Shown here: positions 48,871-58,714 of the stretch, piece after piece
Numbering within the stretch: position 1 is the first letter of the stretch
Layout of the letters: every line of letters begins with the position of its first letter
NCBI GenBank assembly: GCA_046075565.1
Contig: JBJTQJ010000021.1
Location: forward strand, 36,875 to 100,874
Source: Verrucomicrobiales bacterium
Lineage (GTDB): Bacteria; Verrucomicrobiota; Verrucomicrobiia; Verrucomicrobiales; SLCJ01
DNA length: 64,000 nt
Direction: 5' to 3'
Program-made: the position numbers and the translations under genes
The notes under the pieces: generated by a model
The model's input: only the letters and a program-made list of their open reading frames with translations
Database searches by the model: none
Told to the model about the DNA's origin: nothing

Positions 48871-49482
48871 ATGGCTCGTTACACCGGCCCCACCGACAAA
48901 ATCAGCCGCCGCTTCGGCGTCGCCCTCTTCGGCCCCAGCAAGGCCATGGAACGCCGCAACTTCGGCCCCGGCCAACATGGCGCCCGCAGCGCCCGCGGCA
49001 AGAAGACCGACTACGCCATCATGCTTGGCGAAAAGCAGAAGCTGAAGTTCCAATACGGTCTTCTCGAAAGACAGTTCCGCAACACCTTCGAAGAAGCCGC
49101 CCGCCGCCGCGGTGTGACCGGTGAAATCCTGCTCCAACTTCTCGAACTGCGCCTCGACAACGTTGTCTATCGCCTCGGCCTCGGCAACACCCGCCGCGCC
49201 GCCCGCCAGTTCGTCGGCCACGGCCACATCCTCGTGAACGGCCGCCGTTGTGACATCTCCTCCTACACCTGCAAACCGGGCGACAAAATCTCCGTGCGCA
49301 ACAATCCGGCTTCCCGCCAGCTTGCGCTCAAGATGATGGACCTCACCCAGCACGTGCCGCAGCCCGAATGGCTCGTTTTCGACCGCGAAAACTATTCCGC
49401 CAACGTCGCCCGCGTGCCCGACCGCTCGGAAATCGACCCGCAGGTCAACGAGCAGCTCGTCGTCGAGCTCTACTCCCGCTAA
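48871..49482 (+). CDS. rpsD: 30S ribosomal protein S4
   Basis: MARYTGP, PGQHG, EKQK, LELRLDNVVYRLG, VELYSR. Confidence 0.98.
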   Translation: MARYTGPTDKISRRFGVALFGPSKAMERRNFGPGQHGARSARGKKTDYAIMLGEKQKLKFQYGLLERQFRNTFEEAARRRGVTGEILLQLLELRLDNVVYRLGLGNTRRAARQFVGHGHILVNGRRCDISSYTCKPGDKISVRNNPASRQLALKMMDLTQHVPQPEWLVFDRENYSANVARVPDRSEIDPQVNEQLVVELYSR

Positions 49483-49507
49483 TCGCCCGCGATTGGCCTC
49501 TCCCTTT

Positions 49508-49546
49508 ACCGCCGGCCTGGTTCTCCACGCCGGCGGTTTTTCTTTC
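49508..49546 (+). terminator. Rho-independent terminator after rpsD
   Basis: ACCGCCGGC...GCCGGCGGT hairpin followed by TTTTCTTT. Confidence 0.75.
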
Positions 49547-49640
49547 CATCCATCCCGTCTCCATGGCGGCACTCAACTTCGGATGGCAGGTAAAGTCCTG
49601 CTTGCTGGTAAGGTCCGCCGAAGGTTAGTTGTCCGTGAAC

Positions 49641-51074
49641 ATGAAAGCCTTGTTACTCTCCTGGCTGGTTGTCGTCGGTCCGCTCGCCGCGGCCCAACAA
49701 AACGTGCTGGTGCTCTTCGCGGATGACCTGGGGCAGCGCGACCTCGGCTGCTACAATCCGGAAACCTTTTACGAGACCCCCAATCTCGACAATCTGTCGA
49801 AATCCGGCGTCCGTTTTTCCAACGGGTATTCCGCGTGCCCGGTTTGTTCGCCCACCCGCTACTCCCTCGTGACGGGAAAGTGGCCTGCCCGTTCCGGAAT
49901 CACCAATTACATCGGAGGCGAGCGGGTGGAAAGATTCGCGCCCGCGCCCTACACCAAGGCCCTGCCGGGTAGTGAAACCACCATGGCCGAAAGCCTGAAG
50001 GCATTCGGATATCAAACCACCTATGTGGGCAAGTGGCACCTCGGCGGGAACGAATCCGATTGGCCAGAACATCATGGATTTGATCGCAATGCGGGTGGGT
50101 TCGCCGCCGGCCATCCGAAGTCATGGTTCTCTCCCTACGGGAACCCGCGATTGACCGATGGACCGGACGGCGAGTTTTTAACCGAACGGCTCGCGCGTGA
50201 AACCATCGCCTCGCTCAAAGCCGCCAAGGAATCCGGCAAGCCCTTCTACATTTGCCATGCCTTCTACCAAGTCCACACGCCACTCAAGGCTCCGGCGCAC
50301 CTCGTGAAAAAATACGAGGAGAAAAGATTGAAACTCGGGCTCGAGGATCGCTTCGGCACGGAAGTGCAGTATCAAGTGAAGGACAAGAGCCCGCGGAGAG
50401 TGCGTGAAACTCAGGCGCATGCCGTCTACGCGGCCATGGTAGAATCGATGGACACCGCTGCCGGTCAGATTCTCCGCGCGCTGGAGGATTTGGACCTCGC
50501 CGCGAACACGCTCGTCATTTTCACATCGGACAACGGCGGCTTATCCACCTCCGAAGGACTGCCGACCTCGAATCTTCCCTGGCGCGCGGGCAAGGGGTGG
50601 ACCTATGAAGGTGGCATTCGCGTGCCATTCATCATGCGTTGGCCGACGAAGGGAGTTACTAACAAGGTGGAGGATACGCCGATTTCCACCATCGATGTCC
50701 TGCCCACGGCCCTCGCCATCGCCGGACAAAAAGCCGCCGGAGTGGATGGTGTTGATCTAAGTCCGTTGCTGCGCGGCGAATCCCTGCCCGCCCGGGATTT
50801 GTTCTGGCATTACCCTCACTATGCCAATCAAGGTGGCGTGCCGGGCGGCGTGATTCGTTCCGGAGAATGGAAACTCTTGGAGAACTATGAGGATGGATCC
50901 GTCGAGCTCTACAACCTCGCCAAAGATCCGGGCGAACGCGAAGACCTCGCCGCCCAACAACCGGAACGAGTCACTGCCATGCGCGGAAAACTGCACACAT
51001 GGTATCGCGAAACCGGCGCGAAATTCCTCCAGGCGAAAGAGGGAGGTCCAAAGCCATGGTCACCGGGTGAGTGA
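49641..51074 (+). CDS. Sulfatase (formylglycine-dependent, S1)
   Basis: ADDLG, CSPTR, GKWHLG, SDNGG, YEGGIRVP; signal peptide. Confidence 0.95.
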   Translation: MKALLLSWLVVVGPLAAAQQNVLVLFADDLGQRDLGCYNPETFYETPNLDNLSKSGVRFSNGYSACPVCSPTRYSLVTGKWPARSGITNYIGGERVERFAPAPYTKALPGSETTMAESLKAFGYQTTYVGKWHLGGNESDWPEHHGFDRNAGGFAAGHPKSWFSPYGNPRLTDGPDGEFLTERLARETIASLKAAKESGKPFYICHAFYQVHTPLKAPAHLVKKYEEKRLKLGLEDRFGTEVQYQVKDKSPRRVRETQAHAVYAAMVESMDTAAGQILRALEDLDLAANTLVIFTSDNGGLSTSEGLPTSNLPWRAGKGWTYEGGIRVPFIMRWPTKGVTNKVEDTPISTIDVLPTALAIAGQKAAGVDGVDLSPLLRGESLPARDLFWHYPHYANQGGVPGGVIRSGEWKLLENYEDGSVELYNLAKDPGEREDLAAQQPERVTAMRGKLHTWYRETGAKFLQAKEGGPKPWSPGE

Positions 51075-51159
51075 AGGGGGTTCAAGATGGAAGGTTTGGA
51101 TTTTCGAAAAGGCTCTCCGGCAAATCGAATGGGATGACGAGTGCCTTGCCCTGCCCCTG

Positions 51160-51418
51160 AAAGCGCCGCCGATGTCGGCGCACTCCAACACAAGGGCTCG
51201 TCTTGCGCGTCTCTCTCAAGTCTCCCCGCGGCTCCTCGAAGGGTGGTCTCGACTCAGCGGGCCACCGCGTCACCCCCCAAGAGCTGGGAAGAATCCCAGC
51301 AGTCCAAGAGCCTGCGACGCTACGGTAAGCCAACCCCGAGAGCCACGCTCTCCCTTTTCTATGGAGCCACGGATCATCCGCCGGAGGCTCTGGACTGCGG
51401 TGGTTCCTCCGCCGCTCT
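51160..51418. repeat. Cluster of three TGGA(G/C)TGC-tagged REPs
   Basis: AAAGCGCCGCCGATGTCGGCGCACTCCAA (51160-51188), AGAGCTGGGAAGAATCCCAGCAGTCCAA (51280-51307), TGGACTGCGGTGGTTCCTCCGCCGCTCT (51391-51418). Confidence 0.65.
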
Positions 51419-51511
51419 GGGGAAAGATTCTCTATCGCCCTTGCGAGCCGACCAACCGAACGATCCCTCCACTAGGTCTCCGACGCGTGTTGATTCATCG
51501 ACGACGCCTCT

Positions 51512-54500
51512 TCACCGCAGTGCCGGATCCAGACCGATCATGCCGACGAGATCCTCGAGATAACCCGGGGTTTCAACATGGGCGGCGAGGGCGCGCGCGT
51601 GGTCGAGGCGTTCTTGGATCCGCAGTCGCCGCAACTCGGTCTGATAGCCGGTTTTGGTGAGGAAGGATTCCAGATTGGCTATCTTTCGGGCCATCAATTC
51701 GCGATCATGATCACGTTTGGCCAGCAGACGGGCCTTATACCAATCCGAGGCAAGCAGATGCTCCCTCGTGAACATGGAGCGGACTTCCGGATCCGTCAGC
51801 CCTTTGCCTTCCCACTGCCCGTGGGCCATGATGTGGAGCAAGGCTTTGAGTGGCGGACAGGCGAAGTCGATGCCGCCATCCTTGAAATAGTTCAACGCCA
51901 CTTTTTTCTGGGTGGAGACGATGTTGTCCACTCCATCCGCGAAGTCCTCCATCGACTGCAACTCCGGCTTCAGCATGTCTTCGGAAAAAACCGTGTCGAC
52001 GGCGGAGAAAACCCGCCCGAAGAAGGTGGTGGCGAAACTGGCGGTCATGCGGTAACCCAAGCGGCTAGATTCGACAAGGCGACCATTCCACTCCACGTCG
52101 GGCACCTTTTCAAGGTAACCTCGGCTAATGAGATAGGCGGGATCACGTTCGGGAATGAACATGCGCGACCAGACCTCGGGCACGAGCAGGCTGATATCGT
52201 GATCCACGCGGTATTTCCGCCCGATGTGGCCTGTCGCCGTGGTGAATCCGGGGCTGCCCGTCAGAATGAAGGAAACGAGAGCGGCATTCACATCGTGAAC
52301 CGGGAGAAGCGCGTTGAATGGGCCTTTGGTCAAGGCGCCTTCGCTGCCCGCGCCGGTGGTGGACGGGCTCTTCCCGGTCAAGGACGCGATGAAGTCCATG
52401 AAGAGATCCGGCAGTTCCTGGAAGTGGATGGGGTTGTAAACAGCGAGGGCGCGGATCCCTTTCGCAGGATCGGGCGGATTGTTACGGCGACCGGCCAGCA
52501 CGGAAGTGACCGACATCGGCACGGCGCTATCGACGGAAAGCCTGCGGAAGAGCCGTTTGCCAAGCGTGGCCAGATAGGCGGCTCGGGGATCCTCAAGATC
52601 GGGACGGTTTTGCAAATAACGCGGGTTCTCGGTTGGTTTGCCATCGACCAGCCTCGGCAAGTGGGTGCTGATCACGTAACCGGGTTTGGATGCGGCCACG
52701 AAATTTTCGAACATGCCGCGCATCGGAGCGGTGAATTGTTCGAAGCGGATGGCATCACGCACCATGGCTTGGGCATCAACGCGGGGAATGGGTTCGTAGT
52801 TCGAGAAGAACATCCCGCCCTGGCTGAAATCCTTCTCCGTCTTCTTGTCATATCCGCGGGTGATGGCGTCGTCGGGCCGTTGGAACAACCGGTATTCGCA
52901 GTTCTGGATGAACTTCACCGAAGGCGCCGATGATTCGGGATGAAGGCCCTGCACGTGCTCCGCTGCCACCACCACGGAGGCGCTGATATCGTCTTCCGTC
53001 TGCAGTTTGCGCGCGGGCGCGAAATCCTTGCGCACGCTGAAGGTGCGCCAGTTTCCGTTTTCCGTGAAACCAACCCGGAGGTATTGCGCGACCAGACGCT
53101 GGCGACGGTAGATCAATTGTCGGCCGGGTTGACCGTTGATCAGGTCGACGCTGAATCGTCCGCGCCAATCATCTCCCCAATCTTCCTTGTAGAAGCGTTT
53201 CACCAGCAGCACCAGGATCGCGCACGGAACTACTGATGGTGCCGAGCCACTCGTTGTAGGCATCGGTGTAAGCAGGATTCGGTGTGAGCATGCGGATGAC
53301 CGATCCAAGCGAGCGCCGCGGGCTGAGGAGCGGGCGCCCCGGTTTGCCCGGTTCCAGCGGTTTGCGGTAGCGGTCGGAGAAGTCCCTTTTGATGATGGCC
53401 TCGGCGGCGTCCATGTCCGCACCCAGATTGCTCACCAGCAGGGAGGCCGTGATCATGGCGTCGGAAATTGATTTCGAAATCTCGGATTTGCCGCCGCCCG
53501 AGACGGTGCAGGGCTTGTGGCAGAATGTTCCCTCGGCATTCGTGCCGATGAGGCGCCAACGCAAACCGGCCGACGGCTTCACCATCTCCACCTTGTAGCC
53601 GGATGGCAGCACATAGGTGATGCCAGGTTGCAGCGAGATCTGTTGCGGGCCGTCGGCATTTGTCCAGGTGATGGTCTGGCGGTGCAAGTCGATGCGGGTG
53701 TCTTCGGGGACGTAATAGATGTCCTTGAACTTCTTGTCGATCCCGTAACCCTCGGGCTGGAGATCAAAGAGCTGGTGGTAACGCTTGACGACACCGGCAA
53801 AGCGGTGATCGACGGGGCGATCCCAATCACTGAGCGAGAAGTCCTCCCCGAGGTCAAAACTCGGGAATGCGATGGCTCCACCCGCGTGTTCCTCTTCCGC
53901 GTTTCCGTGAAGATTCGCCGCGTAGCTGATCTGGGTTTTGACCTCCTTCTTGCAATAGCCGTAGTAGTTGTCCGCGATGATGGTGACGATGATGCCCCGT
54001 TTGTCCCGGCAGGTGATCTTGAAAGCCCCGCCGTTGTTATAGAGTTCGGATTCGGATTCCCAGCACATTCCATCGGCGATCTGGCGCGGGGTCGCCTCGC
54101 TGACCGGAGGTAAGCCCAGATCTTTCTTGCGCAGGTTCACGAGATGCGGAGCGAGGATGACACAGCCGGTATGGCCCGACCAGTAATCGGCATCAAGGCG
54201 CGCATCGTTGTCCGGCAGGTAAGGGTCCCCGGCGTTCCCGAAGATGCTCTCCACGAAATCGAGATTGCTCACCAGATTCCCGGGCGCGAAGAAGCGGATC
54301 TCCATCGACTTGTGGGAAGTAAGCCCGGGGATCGCTGGAACAACCACCGGACGGAGCAGGAGCGAGACGAATACCCGGGCCGGACTCGGCGAAGTGCCGG
54401 TGAATGGCAGGGTCATCAAATCCCCGGGAGGATTGAGCGCACTGGCCAGCAAACGGGCGAACGCTTCCTTGGGGACGGACTTTTTATCCGCCGGCACGGG

Positions 54501-54990
54501 CAACCCGCCTTCCGCGACATGGAATACCCCTTGGGTGGTGCGTTTGTCACTGGCCGGGTTATGGCAAACACCCTGTTGGACTCGATAGGAACTGAGGATC
54601 GACGACTTGAAGCGATCTTGATCCGGCGGCAAGGACAACATCCGCGCGATGCCGTGGCGTTCCGCGATCAATGCCCCGACCGGAACCAGCGCCTTGCGGT
54701 CGCCGAATACTTTTTCACGAGGTCCGCTCCCAGATAATCGTGGAGGAAGCCATCAATGGCCGCATCGGCCGGACAAAGGTGGTCGGCAAGAAGCCGGGTT
54801 TTCTCTTGGAAATTGGCAATCAAGGATCGACCGAGATCCAGAAAGGGGTAGTCTTCCTCGTTTCAACGATGGCATGGCCGCGGGCGGCGAGTTTGAGGTT
54901 CACAAACTCCCGCAGACGATTTTCTTCCTCTTCCGAGGCGATGATGGCGCGTCCGTCAGCGAAGCCGATTTGGTCTTTCAAGTTTGGCAT
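51512..54990 (-). pseudogene. PPi-dependent phosphoenolpyruvate carboxykinase-like gene (about 1150 aa) with three frameshifts
   Basis: Stitched frames give SYRVQQGVCHNPASDKRTTQGVFHVAEGGLP, NLDFVESIFGNAGDP, DNYYGYCKKEVKTQ, HKPCTVSGGGKSEISK, NCEYRLFQRPDDA, GKSPSTTGAGSEGALTKGPFN; frameshifts near 54863, 54713 and 53215. Confidence 0.8.
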
Positions 54991-55024
54991 GGTGGGGATC
55001 CTGTTTTATGGAGTCTCCCACTAA

Positions 55025-55040
55025 AGCAAGCCCCGTGCCC
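55025..55040 (-). promoter_or_regulatory. Candidate sigma54 promoter for the PPi-PEPCK gene
   Basis: GGGCACGGGGCTTGCT (GGCAC-N5-TTGC), 35 nt upstream of ATG 54990. Confidence 0.55.
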
Positions 55041-55176
55041 TTGGCCAGCCTGATGAGGTAAAAATTCGCGCAGAATCGGGCGCATTTGCCATCACGAGCA
55101 TACGAAAAGGAGTATGCACATCCGGCCCAATCCATTCAGTTTAGCACTCGAAATGGCAAAGAGGGATCAGGTCTCA

Positions 55177-55283
55177 GGGCAAGACCGGGACGGTCTTGCT
55201 ACGATTCCGGTGGATGCTCGCAGGCGAAATCCCCTTGATCTGCTGGGCCCAACGTAGCAAGAGCGTCTCGCTCTTGCCCCGCA
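55177..55283. repeat. REPIN-like doublet (GTAGCAAGA family), copy 2
   Basis: Arms identical to those at 19514-19616; spacer diverged but related. Confidence 0.88.
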
Positions 55284-55446
55284 GGAATGGGGTGAATGAG
55301 ATCGAGACGGTCACTGGTCTTTGTGACAAGTGAACGGGACCGGGTTTGGCCCGCATCCACGAGCGACGACTCCCTGCGATAGGGATGCCGTGGCTCGCGC
55401 CGGGCCGTTCAGCGCCCGCCATAAATTGCGGAAAAATGCCCGAATC

Positions 55447-56598
55447 TCAGATATCCGTAGCGGCTTTCGGGGCCGCCGGCATGGCACGTTTCGGCATCGA
55501 TTCTTGCAGCCATCCGCGGACTTCGGCTTCGGACGGCATTTTGCCCTCTTCGACAGCGGCAGCGAACTTCTCGAAAGGAGCGAGCGGGAAATTGGCATTC
55601 TTCGTCTTCGCCTCCTTGGCTTTTTCAAGAACCGAGCGGGCGGAGCCAAGGGCATCGTCTTTTTTGCCCATCTTCCACTGCAAACGGCTGATGGTTTGCC
55701 ATTCGATTGGTCCGGCATTGTCTTTGGTGAGGGCCACGAACTTGGTCGTGATGTTTTCGAGAAGAGGTGCCGGCACCTCTTCATCACCAGAGACGGCCCG
55801 CACAACGCTGAAAACGAGCATCTTGTCTTCACCGCCTTTCTCCAGAAGTTTGGCGACGGCATCCCAGTCTTTCTTCGCGATCACGAGAGCAGCTTCCGAA
55901 GCGGCGAGATACCGACCTGACTTGTCCGCCTCCTTGAGTTTGGCGAAGGCGGCTTCCATGGCCGGAACATCTTTCTTGCTCGAAGCCATGCTGAACTCAC
56001 GCATCGCGGACATGAGGGCTGATTGCTCGGCTTCGGCCTTGTTCATGGACTCCGTGATCTTGTCGAGTGCGGCACCGCCCTCGAGCGCGGCGAGAATGAC
56101 CTCATCCGTGATGCGTGACGGATGAGACTTGAGCAAAAGTTTGCCATCGCGCACCAGGAAGGCGTGCGGAATGCCTCTCACAGCCGCTGCGTTCAGCCAC
56201 TCTTTTTCGAAGTCACTGCCTTTGCCGGTGTAAACCACGGGATAAGACATGCCATCGCCTTTGGCCTTCACGAAAGCCTCGACCTTTTCCTTGCCGTCTT
56301 CCCAGACGTTCACTCCAACCACCCGCAGTCCTTTTTCGGAGTATTTCTTGTGCAGTTCATTGACATGCGGAATAACCGCGACGCATGGACCACACCAGGT
56401 GGCCCAACATTCGAGCATGTAAACCTTGCCCGGTTCCCATGCGGCGGGGCCGGCCCCTTGGATCCATTCGCCTTTGGTCAAGGCATCGGGTTTCACTTCA
56501 CCTCCGGGAAGGAGAGTCGGTGCGGTGATGGCCTGCTGGGCCAGTGTATGAGTGGCGAACATCAGAGCCGTCGCCAGGAGCATCGGTTTCATTTTCAT
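55447..56598 (-). CDS. TlpA-family thiol:disulfide oxidoreductase with helical C-terminal region
   Basis: Signal peptide, ECWATWCGPC, VNVWE, GIPHAFLV. Confidence 0.88.
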   Translation of the reverse strand: MKMKPMLLATALMFATHTLAQQAITAPTLLPGGEVKPDALTKGEWIQGAGPAAWEPGKVYMLECWATWCGPCVAVIPHVNELHKKYSEKGLRVVGVNVWEDGKEKVEAFVKAKGDGMSYPVVYTGKGSDFEKEWLNAAAVRGIPHAFLVRDGKLLLKSHPSRITDEVILAALEGGAALDKITESMNKAEAEQSALMSAMREFSMASSKKDVPAMEAAFAKLKEADKSGRYLAASEAALVIAKKDWDAVAKLLEKGGEDKMLVFSVVRAVSGDEEVPAPLLENITTKFVALTKDNAGPIEWQTISRLQWKMGKKDDALGSARSVLEKAKEAKTKNANFPLAPFEKFAAAVEEGKMPSEAEVRGWLQESMPKRAMPAAPKAATDI

Positions 56599-56698
56599 AG
56601 GAGCAGCTTCGCACAGGCCCCGCGGGGCGGCAACGCGAATCCGGTGGGCGGGCGACAGACTTTCCATTTCCCGGCGATCCCACTCGGATGCCTTTCCC

Positions 56699-56912
56699 GT
56701 AGCGGCACCGCTTCCGGTGCCGGGCGAGTGAGCTTCCATCTTCCCGTGAGCAGCCTTCTCCTCCTCACGGAACGCGAAGGCGTTCCGCTACACCATGAGA
56801 TCCCCATTTGAAGGCCTCCGTAGCGGCACCGCTTCCGGTGCCGAGCGAGGGACCCCCATTTCTCAGGAGCAACCTGCGCCTTCCCCCACGGGGTGCGAAG
56901 GTGTTCCGACAT
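56699..56912. repeat. BIME-like array of four alternating GTAGCGG REPs
   Basis: GTAGCGGCACCGCTTCCGGTGCCG at 56699 and 56820 (identical); inverted CACGGAACGCGAAGGCGTTCCGCTAC at 56766 and a degenerate copy at 56887. Confidence 0.85.
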
Positions 56913-56931
56913 GTCCCCGACTCCGTCGGGG

Positions 56932-58086
56932 TTACACTTTCAGGTCCGGCACATCAATCCAGCGGCTCTCGTTGTGCGATTGCCAGCTTAGTTCGGCGAG
57001 TTGCACGCCCTTGGCGCCTTCCACGAGGGTGTAAGGGAAGGGGGTGTCGGCGGCGATGTGTTTGAGGAAAAGTTCCCACTGGATCTTGAAGGCATTATCG
57101 TAAACCCCTTGGTCGGGCACGATGTCCCAGTTGGCATAGTAGTCGAGCGGAGAGTCGATATCCGGGTTCCAGACCGGACGAGGGGTGGCGGCGGCGGACT
57201 GGGCCCAGCACTTGCGCAAGCCGACAATGGCCGAGCCGTCGGTGCCATCCACCTGCATGGTGAGAAGGTCGTCGCGGCGCACGCGCACGTTCCAGCTCGA
57301 ATTGAACTGGCAAATCACCCCGGTTTCCGTTTCGAAAAGCGCGTAGGCCGAATCATCGGAGGTGCACTTATATGCCTTGCCATTTTCATCGATCCGCTCG
57401 GGGATGTGCGTCGCGGCCTTGGTGAAGACGCGGGTCACCCGGCCGAAGCAGTGGTCGATCACGTATCGCCAGTGGCAGTGCATGTCGATGATGATGCCGC
57501 CGCCATCCTCGGCGCGGTAGTTCCAGCTCGGACGTTGCGGTGGAATCCCATCGATATGACCGGTGAAGACCCAGTAGCCGAATTCCCCCCGCACCGAGAG
57601 GATCTTGCCGAAGAAACCCATGTCGCGCAGGGTCTTGTATTTCCGGATGCCGGGCAGCCAGAGTTTGTCCTGCACCACTCCGTTTTTGAGTCCTTTCGCC
57701 TGGGCCAGCCGCGCGAGGTCGAGGGCTTCGGCAGTGGTGGTGCCGCTCGGCTTCTCGCAGTAAACGTGTTTGCCCGCGGCGATGGCTTTGCTGACGAACC
57801 CATGACGGAAGGGCGTGCCGGAGGCATCGAAGAAGATTTGGTTGAATGGATCGGAAAGCGCGGCATCGAGATCGGTCGTGAACTTCTCCACCTTATAGCG
57901 CGCGGCGAGCTGGCCGAGCTTGTGGGCATTGCGCCCCGTGAGCACCGGCACCGGCAAAAGGATCTCATCACCACAGGGAACGCCACCCTGATCACGGATG
58001 GCGAGGACGGAACGCACGAGGTGCTGGTTAGTGCCCATGCGTCCGGTGACGCCGTTCAAAATGATACCGATTTCGCGTGTTTTCAT
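56932..58086 (-). CDS. Gfo/Idh/MocA family oxidoreductase
   Basis: NGVTGRMG, GKHVYCEKP, VQDKLWLPG, RPSWNYR, GGIIIDM.CHW. Confidence 0.92.
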   Translation of the reverse strand: MKTREIGIILNGVTGRMGTNQHLVRSVLAIRDQGGVPCGDEILLPVPVLTGRNAHKLGQLAARYKVEKFTTDLDAALSDPFNQIFFDASGTPFRHGFVSKAIAAGKHVYCEKPSGTTTAEALDLARLAQAKGLKNGVVQDKLWLPGIRKYKTLRDMGFFGKILSVRGEFGYWVFTGHIDGIPPQRPSWNYRAEDGGGIIIDMHCHWRYVIDHCFGRVTRVFTKAATHIPERIDENGKAYKCTSDDSAYALFETETGVICQFNSSWNVRVRRDDLLTMQVDGTDGSAIVGLRKCWAQSAAATPRPVWNPDIDSPLDYYANWDIVPDQGVYDNAFKIQWELFLKHIAADTPFPYTLVEGAKGVQLAELSWQSHNESRWIDVPDLKV

Positions 58087-58125
58087 AAGAGTCTTCGGGA
58101 AGGAACGCCGGCCATGCCGTTTTGG

Positions 58126-58154
58126 ACGCTATTGCATGCAACAAATGCTGTCAA
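58126..58154 (-). promoter_or_regulatory. sigma70 promoter with palindromic operator in the spacer
   Basis: TTGACA-17 nt-TAGCGT; perfect palindrome TTGCATGCAA at 58132-58141. Confidence 0.7.
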
Positions 58155-58714
58155 GGGGGATGGGAGCAAGGCGAACTTCCGGGCTCTGGCGAGCCGCGGA
58201 ACAATGACGAAATACCTAAATACCCAAAGAAGGACGAAATCCGAAGGCCGAAGGCGCGGAGAAGCCCTACCGCGCACCCGGGTTCTGGCAAGATTCACCT
58301 CCACACCCGTCGGCCGTCGCCCGGCTTGACCAACTCCGAAATCCGAGGTTTTCCTGTGCCTTTCGGTCCTCTGACTGAACCGGGCAGGTCGTCCGTGAAT
58401 CGGCCGCCTGGCATCTCCCTCGATCGTTTCCTGGGCACCCCAGTCGAGGATTGGTTTTGAAGAGCGGAATCGTTCCAGTGGCATCCGCAACTCCCCACGA
58501 ATGGGGTGACGCGAGGTGTGCAGCTTTGCCCGCCGCAACAAAAGGGAGAATTTGCGAAAGCCCGGGGAACTGGAGCCGGAAAATCAGGCAAAAAGAAAAA
58601 AGTGCTGCTGGCGGCAGGGAAAGTTGGTTCTATACCGAAGGTATTTCAATGGCTGGCAGTCCTTTTGATGGCCAGCCACGATTTCACCCTTTCTCCTCCC
58701 AATTCCAACAAGTC

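Noticed and set aside
1385..49482. Genome-wide reassignment of TAA/TAG to a sense codon
   Set aside because: proS, DUF1501, rpsM and rpsD end at TAA at their expected C-termini and no housekeeping gene contains internal TAA/TAG; only conditional read-through remains possible
55141..55149. TTAGCACTC CIRCE half-site
   Set aside because: No GAGTGCTAA partner and no chaperone gene adjacent
56699..56912. Mini-CRISPR array (two identical 24-bp repeats)
   Set aside because: Only two direct copies 121 bp apart with interleaved inverted units and GTAG tags, and no cas genes; this fits a REP/BIME array
58270..58700. Short ORFs between the Gfo/Idh/MocA and PEP-CTERM genes
   Set aside because: No recognisable protein similarity in any frame examined
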